Shown in pieces: positions 28,900 through 38,943 of a DNA stretch of 64,000 bases. The position numbers and the translations under genes are program-made. The stretch's first letter is position 1. The number at the start of each line of letters is the position of its first letter. A model generated the notes under the pieces. The model saw only the letters and a list, made by a program, of their open reading frames with translations. It had not been told where the DNA came from and searched no databases. The stretch is from assembly GCA_963821635.1 (NCBI GenBank), contig CAWGEP010000001.1, positions 311,601-375,600 of the forward strand. The letters are read 5' to 3'. This DNA comes from an uncultured bacterium. Lineage in GTDB: Bacteria; Zixibacteria; MSB-5A5; GN15; FEB-12.

Positions 28900-30195
28900 A
28901 TGGGCCCATTTCGCACCAGTCCCCCCATTCTCCCTGATCCCCGCTTTACGGGACGGGACTACCGGTTCCTGTTCTTCTCGCATTTACTCGAACGGAGAGT
29001 CTGCGCCGGAAAGATCAAAGATAAGATCGGGACACTGAGCGACCTGGTGTTCCGCCTTAGCGAAGCGTATCCGGAGGCGGTCGGACTCTACCTGGAACAT
29101 GGTTGGGGGAAACCGACCGAGTTCATTCCCTGGGATAAAGTGGTCAAGATCGAGGATGACGCCATCTTCGTCCAACCCCCGCCGGAAGGGGGCGTCTATC
29201 CCCCGTTTGTCGATCAAGTCGGCTGGCTACTGCTCAACGACCACTTGATGGGGCGCACCATTCTTGATATGGATGGCCGGCAGATTGAAGTCGTCAACGA
29301 TGTTCACCTGCTGGAATCGCGCGGGCGGATGATCATCGTTCATGTCGATATCTCGTTCAACGGATTTCTTCGCAAATGGCACCTGGGCCGGCTGGCCTGG
29401 ACCAAGGATCAGCTCATCTCGTGGAAATATGTCCAGCCGTTGTCGCTGGAAGACGCCTCCACCACCGATGCCGTCACACTGTCGCTGACCCGGAGAATGG
29501 TGAAGGATCTTCCCAGCGAGGATTTGGCCGATGCCCTCGAGCAGTTGTCCGGTGAGGAACAGCAGGCATTTTTCTCGGCTCTGGACAGCGAAAGCGCCGC
29601 CGATGCCCTGGCCGAGGCCGAACCGCGGGTCCAGCGACAAATCATCGCCAATCTGCGACAGGAACGTGCCCAAACAATCCTTTCCGAACTCTCGGTCACC
29701 CAGTTGGCGGGACTGTTCTCGGTACTTCCGCGCGATCACATGTTGAATCTGATGGCCATGCTGCCCAAAGACAGTGCCGAGCGGATCTCCGCCATCCTGT
29801 CCGAACGCGAGGGGCATGCCACCTCCCTCATGTCCAGCCACTATGTCACCGCGGTCAAGACCGACCAGGTCAGCGCGATTATGAAAATACTCCGGGCCCC
29901 CGGTCGCCAACATGAGGACATTTCCTATGTCTACGTGATCAATCCGGACGATCAGTCTTTAATCGGCGTGGTCGATTTACGGGAGCTGATTCTGGCCGAT
30001 GACGGCGCCACGATCGGCAGTGTCATGACTTTTCCGGTGGTCAGTGTGGAATCCGATGACGCCCGTGAGGATATTGCCGAGTTGTTTGCCAAATATCACT
30101 ATCGCATGCTGCCGGTAGTGCAACAGGACAAGATCGTGGGTGTGGTTCATTACAATGATATTATGAAAGGCCTGGTCATGCGGGCCAAGACCTGA
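28900..30195 (+). CDS. Soluble MgtE N-domain + CBS-pair protein with N-terminal PRC-barrel-like region (no membrane domain)
   Basis: MgtE_N-like helical region (LAEAEPRVQRQIIANL...LAGLFSVLPRDHMLNLMAMLPKDSAERI) followed by tandem CBS domains. There are no TM helices. Confidence 0.6.
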   Translation: MGPFRTSPPILPDPRFTGRDYRFLFFSHLLERRVCAGKIKDKIGTLSDLVFRLSEAYPEAVGLYLEHGWGKPTEFIPWDKVVKIEDDAIFVQPPPEGGVYPPFVDQVGWLLLNDHLMGRTILDMDGRQIEVVNDVHLLESRGRMIIVHVDISFNGFLRKWHLGRLAWTKDQLISWKYVQPLSLEDASTTDAVTLSLTRRMVKDLPSEDLADALEQLSGEEQQAFFSALDSESAADALAEAEPRVQRQIIANLRQERAQTILSELSVTQLAGLFSVLPRDHMLNLMAMLPKDSAERISAILSEREGHATSLMSSHYVTAVKTDQVSAIMKILRAPGRQHEDISYVYVINPDDQSLIGVVDLRELILADDGATIGSVMTFPVVSVESDDAREDIAELFAKYHYRMLPVVQQDKIVGVVHYNDIMKGLVMRAKT

Positions 30196-30342
30196 GGATT
30201 ATCATGCCGAGGATCAAAATGACGAAATCGGCCAAGTTCGCGCTTTTTTTTCTGCGCGCCTACCTGCTGGTGATGCTCGGGTTGATTCTATTCAAGTTTC
30301 TGCAGATGTTCAAGTAGCTATTCCAATAGTCCAGGAGGGCAT

Positions 30343-30939
30343 GTGAACAATCACAAATCATTCTACATACTTGATTCTCTGGCGCGGATCCTCATCGGAA
30401 CGGCCACTTCGGTTGGAGTCGGATTCTTCCTGATCCCCGGGCATTTCGCCCTCAAACCCGGCAACGGCGCTTTTGCCTTCCTGGTATTCGGTTTCGGCTC
30501 GGCGCTCGTCTATGCCATCTTCAAGACCAAGGGAAGACGGGCCGCTATCGGAGCCGCCTTTCTAATCGGCCTTGTCTCCGCTGCGCTGTTCAATCGGTTC
30601 TTTGTCGAAATTCTCGTACTCGGCATCTCGGCCCCCATCGCTCTGGTGTTTCTCTGTGAGACTTTGACTCGCCTGCATATTACCAAACCCCGGATCGGCC
30701 GACTGATCCTCCTCGCGCCAATTTATACCATACTTGGTCTAGTCGTTTCCCCTCTCGGCGCGCTTACAAGCCAGGCAGCCGCTCACTGGACCATATTTGT
30801 GCGCAGCGCCACGCTTCAAATGTTTGGAACCGGAATTGGGTTGGGCCTCGGACTTGAAGCCGCAGAGTACGCCATCAGTTGTTGGCGCCAACGGCACTCA
30901 TCGGTCGATGATCTCGCCGGGCATGCCGGCAACCAATAG
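30343..30939 (+). CDS. Integral membrane protein of unknown function
   Basis: About 6 hydrophobic segments. No recognisable motif. Confidence 0.4.
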   Translation: MNNHKSFYILDSLARILIGTATSVGVGFFLIPGHFALKPGNGAFAFLVFGFGSALVYAIFKTKGRRAAIGAAFLIGLVSAALFNRFFVEILVLGISAPIALVFLCETLTRLHITKPRIGRLILLAPIYTILGLVVSPLGALTSQAAAHWTIFVRSATLQMFGTGIGLGLGLEAAEYAISCWRQRHSSVDDLAGHAGNQ

Positions 30940-31015
30940 CCGGAGAACCGCTCTGCTGCCAAAAGCGCATGCGGGCTTCCCTCAATCGCCCCACAATGCG
31001 CCCGGCCACGTCGGA

Positions 31016-32986
31016 CTATTTTCCGCTCTTGCTCTCCCCGGACGCTAAAGCCGGCGGCGCAAACTTGCCGGTAAGCGCCGCGGCCAATGCCTCAATCGAG
31101 TTCCCGCCCCCGGCGACAAGAATCTGCGGCATGAACGGCTGTCCCCCTTTGGACAGCGCGTTGGCTATATTGACCCACATGGTACCCTGAGCCCCCAGCG
31201 CCTGAACTTGCTTGGCATAAGCTTCGGCATTTGCCAGACCGACCGAGCGCGGCTCGGCTCCTTTTGCCAAGCCTACTTTTTCGAGATACGTGGATTCACC
31301 GTCCGCCTGCGCCTTGCGCGCTTCGGCGTTGTTCACCTGTATATCCACACCGACCTTGGAGGCGGCCAGATCCTTCTGCATATCGGCAGTGCCGCGCGCC
31401 TTTTCTACTTGGATCCGCTCATCCTGTGACGCTTTTTCCTTCTTGTAGGTCTCGATCTCCTGGTTGGCGATTTCGCGCGAGGTCAGCACTTTTACCAACT
31501 CGGCCGGGAAGACCACATCCTGAATATACACACCCTTGGTCTCAACCTGGTAGACACTCAGCTTTTCACTGATCAAGTCCATCGCTTTACTTTGTACTTC
31601 CTGACGGGTCTCAATGAAAGTCACCGCCGGCATGCTTTGGAGCTTGTCGCGGAAGTGATTTCCAACCGCGGCCTGCAGGACCTCGTTGGCCAGATTCTGC
31701 ATCGTGCCGACCATGGAGATCACCCGGGGAGCCAGCGTGTCCGGGATGTGAATTTGAACCTGCAGATCGATATTGAACACGAATCCTTCGCGCGATTTGG
31801 CGATGATCTGTTTCAGCTCCCGGTCCAAATTGTGAGCCTTGGAAGTGGCATCCGCCCAGTTGAGCGTGAGGATCGCCGTCGGCACGATTTCCGAATTGTA
31901 AATCCGCGGATTGATGGCGTACTTGCCGGTGCGAAGCGGCTCCTGCCAGACACCGCGATGACCCGGCCGCACCAGCGACCCGTACTTGAAGGAAGCCCCC
32001 GAGGTATCCTGGGTGGCCAGCCCGACATACGATTTTATGACCGCAACCTGCCCTTGCTGGACAATCAACATCGGTACTAGCTCGACTCGCACCAGAAACG
32101 GATTCAGGTTGTATGCTCCATAAAGCAGCACGTCATGTTGAAGTCCGATCTTGCCGCCGTTGTCGAGAAACAGCTGGAAGTCCTGAAAATTGTTGTGGAC
32201 GTTGTTCTTGCTTCGCAGAATATGTTCGCAAATCTCGGCGTCGGTTTTCCCCGCCGCTTCCATCTGGCGAAGATCATCAAATCCGCCAAGCCGACAGGCA
32301 ATGTCACCATCCTCGAGCGCCGGACCATCGAAGGTCGTGACAACGCCGACCACGTCGACCAGCCCCCCGGCTTCACCGTATGGTTTTGGCTCGATCCGGA
32401 CTACTTCGAGATCTTCAGGATGGATCCCAAAAGCTTTGGCCGGGACATCGGCGACATTGCGGCTGAGAATGCTCAGGATACTCGGATCGACCGGCAGCCC
32501 ATGCACCCGCTGTTTGGTAATGACCAGGAAGGCCACGGGATGAATCGGCACCAGCGTGCCGGGAGGAAGCACCGGTCGCTGGACTCCCTTCTGGCCCCCT
32601 TGATCGACAAAGACTCTGACGTCGCTGAAATTTCCAAACTGGGGTTTGTATATGGCCGACTTGGCCCCCACCGGAAGCGGCTGTCCGATTTGGGAAATCA
32701 GCACGCCGATTTCCCCCGCGGGTACCTGCACCCACGGAAATTTCTTCACGCCGTACAGAATCCAGAATTTGAACCTAATCCCGGGCATCAGTAAATCGGC
32801 CTGGTAGCCGGCCTCGCCGTGAAAACCGATTGGATTTCCGCCGGACAATTTCTTCCGCGAAAAGCGCTTGTAGACCAGTCCTACTTGCGTCTGGCCGATC
32901 GCGCGTAACGACGGTAGGATCAGGATCGCCAGGGCGATAACGGCGGCGGCGATTATGATTGGTTGCATTGAAACGGTTGGTTGCAT
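31016..32986 (-). CDS. Flotillin-family SPFH domain protein (FloT/YqiK-like)
   Basis: N-terminal TM anchor, SPFH domain and a long coiled-coil with Ala/Glu-rich repeats. 656 aa. Confidence 0.7.
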   Translation of the reverse strand: MQPTVSMQPIIIAAAVIALAILILPSLRAIGQTQVGLVYKRFSRKKLSGGNPIGFHGEAGYQADLLMPGIRFKFWILYGVKKFPWVQVPAGEIGVLISQIGQPLPVGAKSAIYKPQFGNFSDVRVFVDQGGQKGVQRPVLPPGTLVPIHPVAFLVITKQRVHGLPVDPSILSILSRNVADVPAKAFGIHPEDLEVVRIEPKPYGEAGGLVDVVGVVTTFDGPALEDGDIACRLGGFDDLRQMEAAGKTDAEICEHILRSKNNVHNNFQDFQLFLDNGGKIGLQHDVLLYGAYNLNPFLVRVELVPMLIVQQGQVAVIKSYVGLATQDTSGASFKYGSLVRPGHRGVWQEPLRTGKYAINPRIYNSEIVPTAILTLNWADATSKAHNLDRELKQIIAKSREGFVFNIDLQVQIHIPDTLAPRVISMVGTMQNLANEVLQAAVGNHFRDKLQSMPAVTFIETRQEVQSKAMDLISEKLSVYQVETKGVYIQDVVFPAELVKVLTSREIANQEIETYKKEKASQDERIQVEKARGTADMQKDLAASKVGVDIQVNNAEARKAQADGESTYLEKVGLAKGAEPRSVGLANAEAYAKQVQALGAQGTMWVNIANALSKGGQPFMPQILVAGGGNSIEALAAALTGKFAPPALASGESKSGK

Positions 32987-33511
32987 ACAGCCTCTCTGGA
33001 CACTGCTTTCATTCGAAGAACAAATGTCGGACTTTCGAACTCCCGGGAACGGTGGGAACTATACCTATTTGCGACCTTTGTGTCAACGTTGGTTGGGGGA
33101 AGGCGGCGGAGTGTGATACAATTGGAAAACTCTCGAGATGGCCGCGATAACCAAATCCTCGCACTTTTGGGCTATGAGTGCGCCAAGCCAAAGAGTGATG
33201 ACATCATCAGCGGGGAACTGGGCTACATTTCGAACTATCGTTACAAGTTGATGATGAAGTGGCTCTCTCACCCGACAAGGAACAAGCCGGGCCCTAGTCC
33301 GATGGAAAGCGATTAGCTGCTATGCGCGCGGGCAGGCGTCATCGTTTGCAGGAAAGCCGGTATCCGAATTTGGTGGCTTGAGGCACATGTCACCAATCCA
33401 GCCTTCCCCTCAAAGGCAGGAACGCGGGGCTCTTAGCGTGTCTCTCATTACCTCACCACGTCTCGCAAAGTGGTCCGATACGCTGCTCTTTCTGCAAGGA
33501 TGCAGCTTGCC

Positions 33512-35463
33512 TTATCGCTTCATCGCCCGGATTGAGGCGGCGCGTTTCTCAAGTTCCTCGGCTGCATTCGTTCGATTGGTCTTCCTATAGAGTTTTGCCA
33601 TGTCTTCAAGGCTAGTAGCCACATCGGGATGAGTCGGACCCAAAGCTTGTTCCCGGATCGCCAGAGAGCGCTTAAGCAATTCCTCAGCTTGCACGTACTG
33701 CTTCTGAATGTAGTACAGCTCACCGAGGTTGTTGAGAGTCTCCGCCACATCGGGATGATTAGGACCTAAGGCTCTCTCCCTTATTGTCAGGGCGCGCCTG
33801 CTGAGCAGCTCGGCTTTCGCATATTGGGCTGTTGAATTGTACACCTCCGCCAGACCGTTTAGGGCCGAAGCGACGCTTGGATGATTCGGGCCGTAGGCCC
33901 TTTCGTCATTGGTCAACGCGTGCGTATAGAGTGACTCGGCCTTTTGATACTGGCCTTCCTTGTAGCGCATTTTCGCAATACTGCACTCAAGCCTAGCCAC
34001 TTCGGGATTGTCTTGTCCGAACGCCTTTTCATTGATCGCTATCGACCGCATGTACAACGGTTCGGCTTGCGCGTACAGGCCTTGGTCGAGGTATAGCTTC
34101 CCGAGGCCGGCCAGGCTTGGTACTTCATCAGGATGATCAGGACCGAGAGATTTCTCGAAAATTGACACAGAGCGTTTGTACAACGGCTCAGCCAGCGCAT
34201 ATTGGCCCTGAGTGCGGTACAAGGTTGCCAGGTTACTGAGACTGTGGCCACCGCAGGATGGTTAGGCCCCAGAGCTCTCTCGTCTATGCTCAGAGCGGTC
34301 TTGAACAGCGGCTCCGCCAGTGTATACTTCCCTAGATTGTAATAGAGGCCAGCGAGGCTGCTGCGACTTGCGGCCACGTTGGGATGATTGGGGCCAAACG
34401 ACTTTTCCACAATCGTTAGTGCGCGTTTCAAAAGCGGTTGGACAAGAGAGTACTGGCCTTGGTACGTGTACAGCCCTGCAAGGTTATTGAGACTCGCGGC
34501 CACATAAGGATGATCCGGACCGAGAGACTTTTCTCTGATTTCCAGCGCACGCTTGTAGAGTGGCTCGGCCTGCGCATAGTGGTCTTGGATTTGGTACACG
34601 CTTGCGAGATCATTGAGACACCCAGCCACATCAGGGTGGTCCGGGCCAAGGGTCTTTTCTCGGATCTTTAGACAGCGACTAAGGAGTGGCTCAGCTTCCG
34701 CGTATCGGGCTTCAGCAACATAAAGGGTCGCAATGTTATTGAGGCTTTGGGCGACGTCTGGGTGATCCGGTCCAAACGCCTTCTCCCTGATTTCCAGCGA
34801 TCGCTTAAGGAGCGGCTCAGCCTGCGAATAATGACCTTGAGAGTAATATAGAGTGGCGACGTCGTTGAGACTCGTAGCTAATTCGGGGTGATTCGGGCCA
34901 AGAGACTTTTCCCGAATTGCGATAGCACGCTTGTAAAGCGGTTCAGCCTGACTGAACTGGCTTTGGGAGTTGTACAAGTCCGCCAAGTTGTTTAGACTTG
35001 TAGCCAAGTCAGGATTCTCTGGACCGAGGGTCTTCTCTTTGATTCCTATCGACCGTTTGTAGAGTGGCTCAGCCTGTGCGTACTGTCCTTGTGCCCGATA
35101 CACCTCCGCGAGGTTGTTGAGATCCGTTGAAACATCAGGACTGTCGGAGCCGTATGCCTTTTCATCCATTCCCAAGGCGCGCTGAAAGATTGATTCTGCC
35201 TGAGCGTATTTTCCTGTGGCGAAATACAACCCGCCCAGAATGTTAAGGCTCGTCACCACTCTGGAACTATCTGCCCCCGTGCTCTGCTCGGCCGTCTGCA
35301 ACGCATTCTGCGCCACGACAAGAGCGCTGTCATAGCGCCCTTGTCTGTACAGAGTTGTTGCCTCATCATTGAGCGTCTTCCAATCGCCTCCTTGAGCTCG
35401 AACAGCCTGATACGCTCCAAGCCCAAGCACAACTACGAGCAGGGATCTCAAAATTCCTATCAT
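33512..35463 (-). CDS. Secreted tetratricopeptide-repeat protein (TPR_12-type repeats), frameshifted near 34243
   Basis: Signal peptide. At least 14 repeats of the form LNNLA.LY..QG.Y..AEPL..R.L.I.EK.LG..HP.VA. The ORFs 34039..35568 and 33512..34222 are joined by a 1-bp deletion in a TT run. Confidence 0.7.
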
Positions 35464-35858
35464 GGTCTCAATCCAGCGGTCCTTCCCTTCACAAGATAGA
35501 CGTACCAGACCATTAAACAAGGGATAAAGGACGACGGAGGCACAGCTCTGACGCGTTAGCCGAACCACTTTGGATGTCGGCTATGCGTTAGCCGAGGTCA
35601 ACGGGATTGCGGGCTGGATCACGCCAGGGAATGGGATACAAATCGAACCGTATTCTGTGATAAGTACTTGCTGACAATCTGGCGGGGAACTCGGATTACC
35701 TAGCGATCTGTATTGCTGCGATGAATTCTCAGTACAAGGCGATGACGTGCAGCTTGAAGCCATTAGGCCGGCCTTCCCGAACGAAAGGTCGAGACCTCTT
35801 GTTCTCAGGTAATCCTCCTTTCCTCGGTGAAAATTGGGGACTGGGGCGAGTGAAAGTC

Positions 35859-36431
35859 CTATTTCACTTTGAGCGAATCCAGATAGACCCTTGCAAGAGA
35901 GCGATTCCGCGGCGATTTCAGGTCCATTGCAGCCATTTTCAGACGCATCTCAACCGCTGATATCTCGGTTGAATCAGAACTGAAGCGAGCGATTTTGTAG
36001 TACGCGTGGAGCAACGCTGAATCCGCGTTGGCATAATATGCCGTTGGCATCAGAGGAACCTTCGGGTTTGCGACATTCCCCTTCGACTTGTCAGCGGTAG
36101 TATCACCCTTAGCTATGCCCATCCTATCGATAGGATGCTCGGTCGACTCCGGTTTCGCATTGGGAATGACTGAGAGGTCGTTTTTCGATTCCAAGTTGCG
36201 TTGGCCAAGCACTTCAAGGGCCGCGCGCGCCCGCCGCCAGTAGTTAAGTGAGTCCACTTGATTTGAGTGTACCGTACCCTGTCGGAGAAGTGTGTCCGGT
36301 GCGCTGGCTTTGCGCACGCTATCTCGCTTCAATCGAGATTGCCCAGCCCAGACCGAGAGTGGCAGAGTCAACATTCCTGCAATTACGAGAACACTTATCC
36401 TACGGAAGCGATCTGATTTTGGCATTGGCAT
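35859..36431 (-). CDS. Hypothetical secreted protein
   Basis: Signal peptide. No conserved motif. Confidence 0.35.
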   Translation of the reverse strand: MPMPKSDRFRRISVLVIAGMLTLPLSVWAGQSRLKRDSVRKASAPDTLLRQGTVHSNQVDSLNYWRRARAALEVLGQRNLESKNDLSVIPNAKPESTEHPIDRMGIAKGDTTADKSKGNVANPKVPLMPTAYYANADSALLHAYYKIARFSSDSTEISAVEMRLKMAAMDLKSPRNRSLARVYLDSLKVK

Positions 36432-36781
36432 TACCCTCGGATTCCCTATTTCTACCCGAATGTTCTAGAGTGGATCGGGGCACGTCAAGAAATAAACAGA
36501 CGTTTCGAGGGGAGTTTAGGATCGAGTGGCTCACCTCTCCGAGATGGCCCTTCAATTCTCTCCCTCAGCTAAAGTGCGTCCCTAAGACTCCAGCCTTTCA
36601 CTAGTTGTATTTGCGCAAGGCAAAGAAGTGATGTTATCACTGGCGGGGGACTTGGGATACATATGTGACTTCTATGATCGCCATCTGACGGCAACGGTTC
36701 GGAGTCCAATTCCCCGGTTCTATGCAGGTACTGCGTGAGGCATGTCTACCAGCGAACAGCACTGTCATTCCATACACCGGC

Positions 36782-37429
36782 TCAGAAGCCCTTCGATCTC
36801 AATTTGAACGTATCGAGAAGTGCGCGATACTTGTCCTCGTCTATACTGTAGAGACCGTGAATCCGCGAATAGAACCAGGGGTGCTTCTTTGAGCAGAAGA
36901 GAACAAGAGTCACAACCTCTTGGTGACTGGGGTCAACGCCGCGGCCTTCAGTGTAGCAGTTTTTCAGCTTCCTGCCGCAGATGGGGCACCGCAGGGAGTC
37001 TGGGTAACTGCGATCCTTCCAATAATCAACGTGGAAGCTGATCTGGGCGGCCAGGTCCAAGGGTGTATTATGGAGGTGTCGCCAGTAAGACTTGAGTATG
37101 ATGCTGGACATGTCGTCGGGATGCCAGATACCGCGCGCGTTAAACCACTTTGACAGGCGCGAACCTCTCCAGAGCCCCCAGTTGTTGCGAATCCACAATC
37201 CCAGGGTGAAATGCGCTTTGGACATGTCTTGTTCAGTCCAATTCTTGAGCGTATCAAGCACGGCCGGAGTCAGCGTGGAATCAAGTTGCGCGAAACAGTC
37301 GTTGAGATCCATGGGGACAAATGGCTGTTTCTCGAGGAAACGAAGTCCGGGAATGGAGCACGACAGCGCGATGGCTATGATTGTGAGGATGCCGACGAAC
37401 GATCCAAGCCAGGCTCTCGATGACGACAT
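36782..37429 (-). CDS. Hypothetical protein with N-terminal membrane anchor and CPICG motif
   Basis: ORF of 215 aa. Unknown family. Confidence 0.35.
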   Translation of the reverse strand: MSSSRAWLGSFVGILTIIAIALSCSIPGLRFLEKQPFVPMDLNDCFAQLDSTLTPAVLDTLKNWTEQDMSKAHFTLGLWIRNNWGLWRGSRLSKWFNARGIWHPDDMSSIILKSYWRHLHNTPLDLAAQISFHVDYWKDRSYPDSLRCPICGRKLKNCYTEGRGVDPSHQEVVTLVLFCSKKHPWFYSRIHGLYSIDEDKYRALLDTFKLRSKGF

Positions 37430-37572
37430 ATTCCACCCTTCGTCTATACCAGGACTACTCTGCCCATCTGATACGGACGCAACATAATCATGGTTTGTTC
37501 AATTGGCGATTGGAACGAAGAGCTCGAGATACAAATCGAACTCTAGAGGACGGCAATAGTTTGCATTCTACA

Positions 37573-37661
37573 TGGCGGAGAGGCAGGGATTCGAACCCTG
37601 GGTAGGGGTTACCTACACACGCTTTCCAGGCGTGCGCCTTCAACCACTCGGCCACCTCTCC
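37573..37661 (-). tRNA. tRNA-Ser (anticodon GGA)
   Basis: The minus-strand sequence GGAGAGGTGGCCGAGTGGTTGAAGGCGCACGCCTGGAAAGCGTG...GGGTTCGAATCCCTGCCTCTCCGCCA has a class II long variable arm, anticodon loop CTGGAAA, a T-loop and an encoded CCA. Confidence 0.85.
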
Positions 37662-37876
37662 TCAGAACGACTGAAGATATCCTCCCGCTGCGCCTTATCC
37701 GACCGCCCCGCATCGACTTGATTACGTCAACAAGGAGCCTTCCAAACAGGAACGGGACAGGCGGCTAAGATACGATGATTCCTTCAAAAGGCAAGCAGGA
37801 CATGGCGGTCCGAAGACAGCGAACCAAGCGTCATTTGAGAGGGGAAAATTAGGGATGCATCGGGATTATCGCCCGG

Positions 37877-38826
37877 TTACTTTTCCGGGAGATCTTCGAA
37901 ATACAGAAACCGATCCAGCATCTTGACATACTCCGACCAACCCGCTGTCCGCTGGCGGGACCTGATCCGGTCAATCGCCCCCATTTTGCTGTCGATCTCA
38001 TCGCAATAATACAGGACGAAGGCTTCGGGCATCATCGGAATCACCGGCGAGGCGTAGGCCAGTTCCCCCTGGTGAGCCAGAATCATGTGCCGAATTTTGG
38101 TCAGAAGCTTCTCCGGAAAGCCGTCGATCTTGAGCGCCCGCTCGTAAATCCAGGCATCGCACAGGCAGATATGGTTGATGAGCCGTCCTTCGTCGGTGTA
38201 ATCGAGCACCATATCTGAGGTATAGGTCTTGATCTTGCCGGCATCATGAAACAGCCCTCCAAAAATGAGGTAATCCTTATTGAGAAAATCATAGCCGGCC
38301 GCCACTCGAAGCGCCAATTCCCCCACATTAGCCGAGTGCTCGGACAGCCCTCCGATATAAGCATGATGCCAGAGCTTGCCGGCCGCTGCCTGGAGAAACT
38401 GATCCAGAAACTCCGAGTCGCTCCAGAACGATTGCGCCAACTGCTTGATATAGCTGTTCTCGATCTTCTCCGTCAGCGCCATTAGCCGCGCCTGACGGTG
38501 CTCGCGCGACTGGCTCGAATGCGCCAGGATATCCTCGATCTTATACTCGTCCTCAGTCGCCAGCCGAATCTTGTTAATCGTGATTTCTATCTTGCCGTTG
38601 TATTCAGTCACTTGCCCCCGGACTTTGACCACCATTCCCTCGGCCAAATCCTCGAACCCAAACCGATCCGGCTCCCACATTTTGCCGTCGATCCGCCCGG
38701 TGTTGTCCCTAGTTCTACCAGCAGGTACTTGCCACGGGTGTATTCCCGAAGTTCTTTCTTGCGGACCACAAAGAAACTCTCGACCCGGTCCTCGACCACA
38801 AACTCTTTGATTTTCTTGCCGTCCAT
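37877..38826 (-). CDS. YhaM-like 3'-5' exoribonuclease (OB-fold + HD domain), frameshifted near 38707
   Basis: N-terminal OB fold (KEFVVEDRVE...YLLVEL). The HD domain has HHAYIGGLSEH and LFHDAGK. The two frames are joined by a 1-bp deletion in a GGGG run. Confidence 0.65.
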
Positions 38827-38943
38827 GCCCCAAGTATAATATGGCCGGCATTCCCCGTAAATCTCTTTTGAGCTTCCCCCCACTGGTCAGGTCCGTCTTC
38901 GCCGAGAACATCAAAGTTGTACTTCTGTGTATAACCTGTATAT

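Noticed and set aside
29227-29913. 228-aa minus-strand ORF
   Set aside because: Antisense to the MgtE-N/CBS gene.
33512-35568. ORFs 33512-34222 and 34039-35568 as two TPR genes
   Set aside because: The TPR repeat register continues across a 1-bp indel, so this is one gene.
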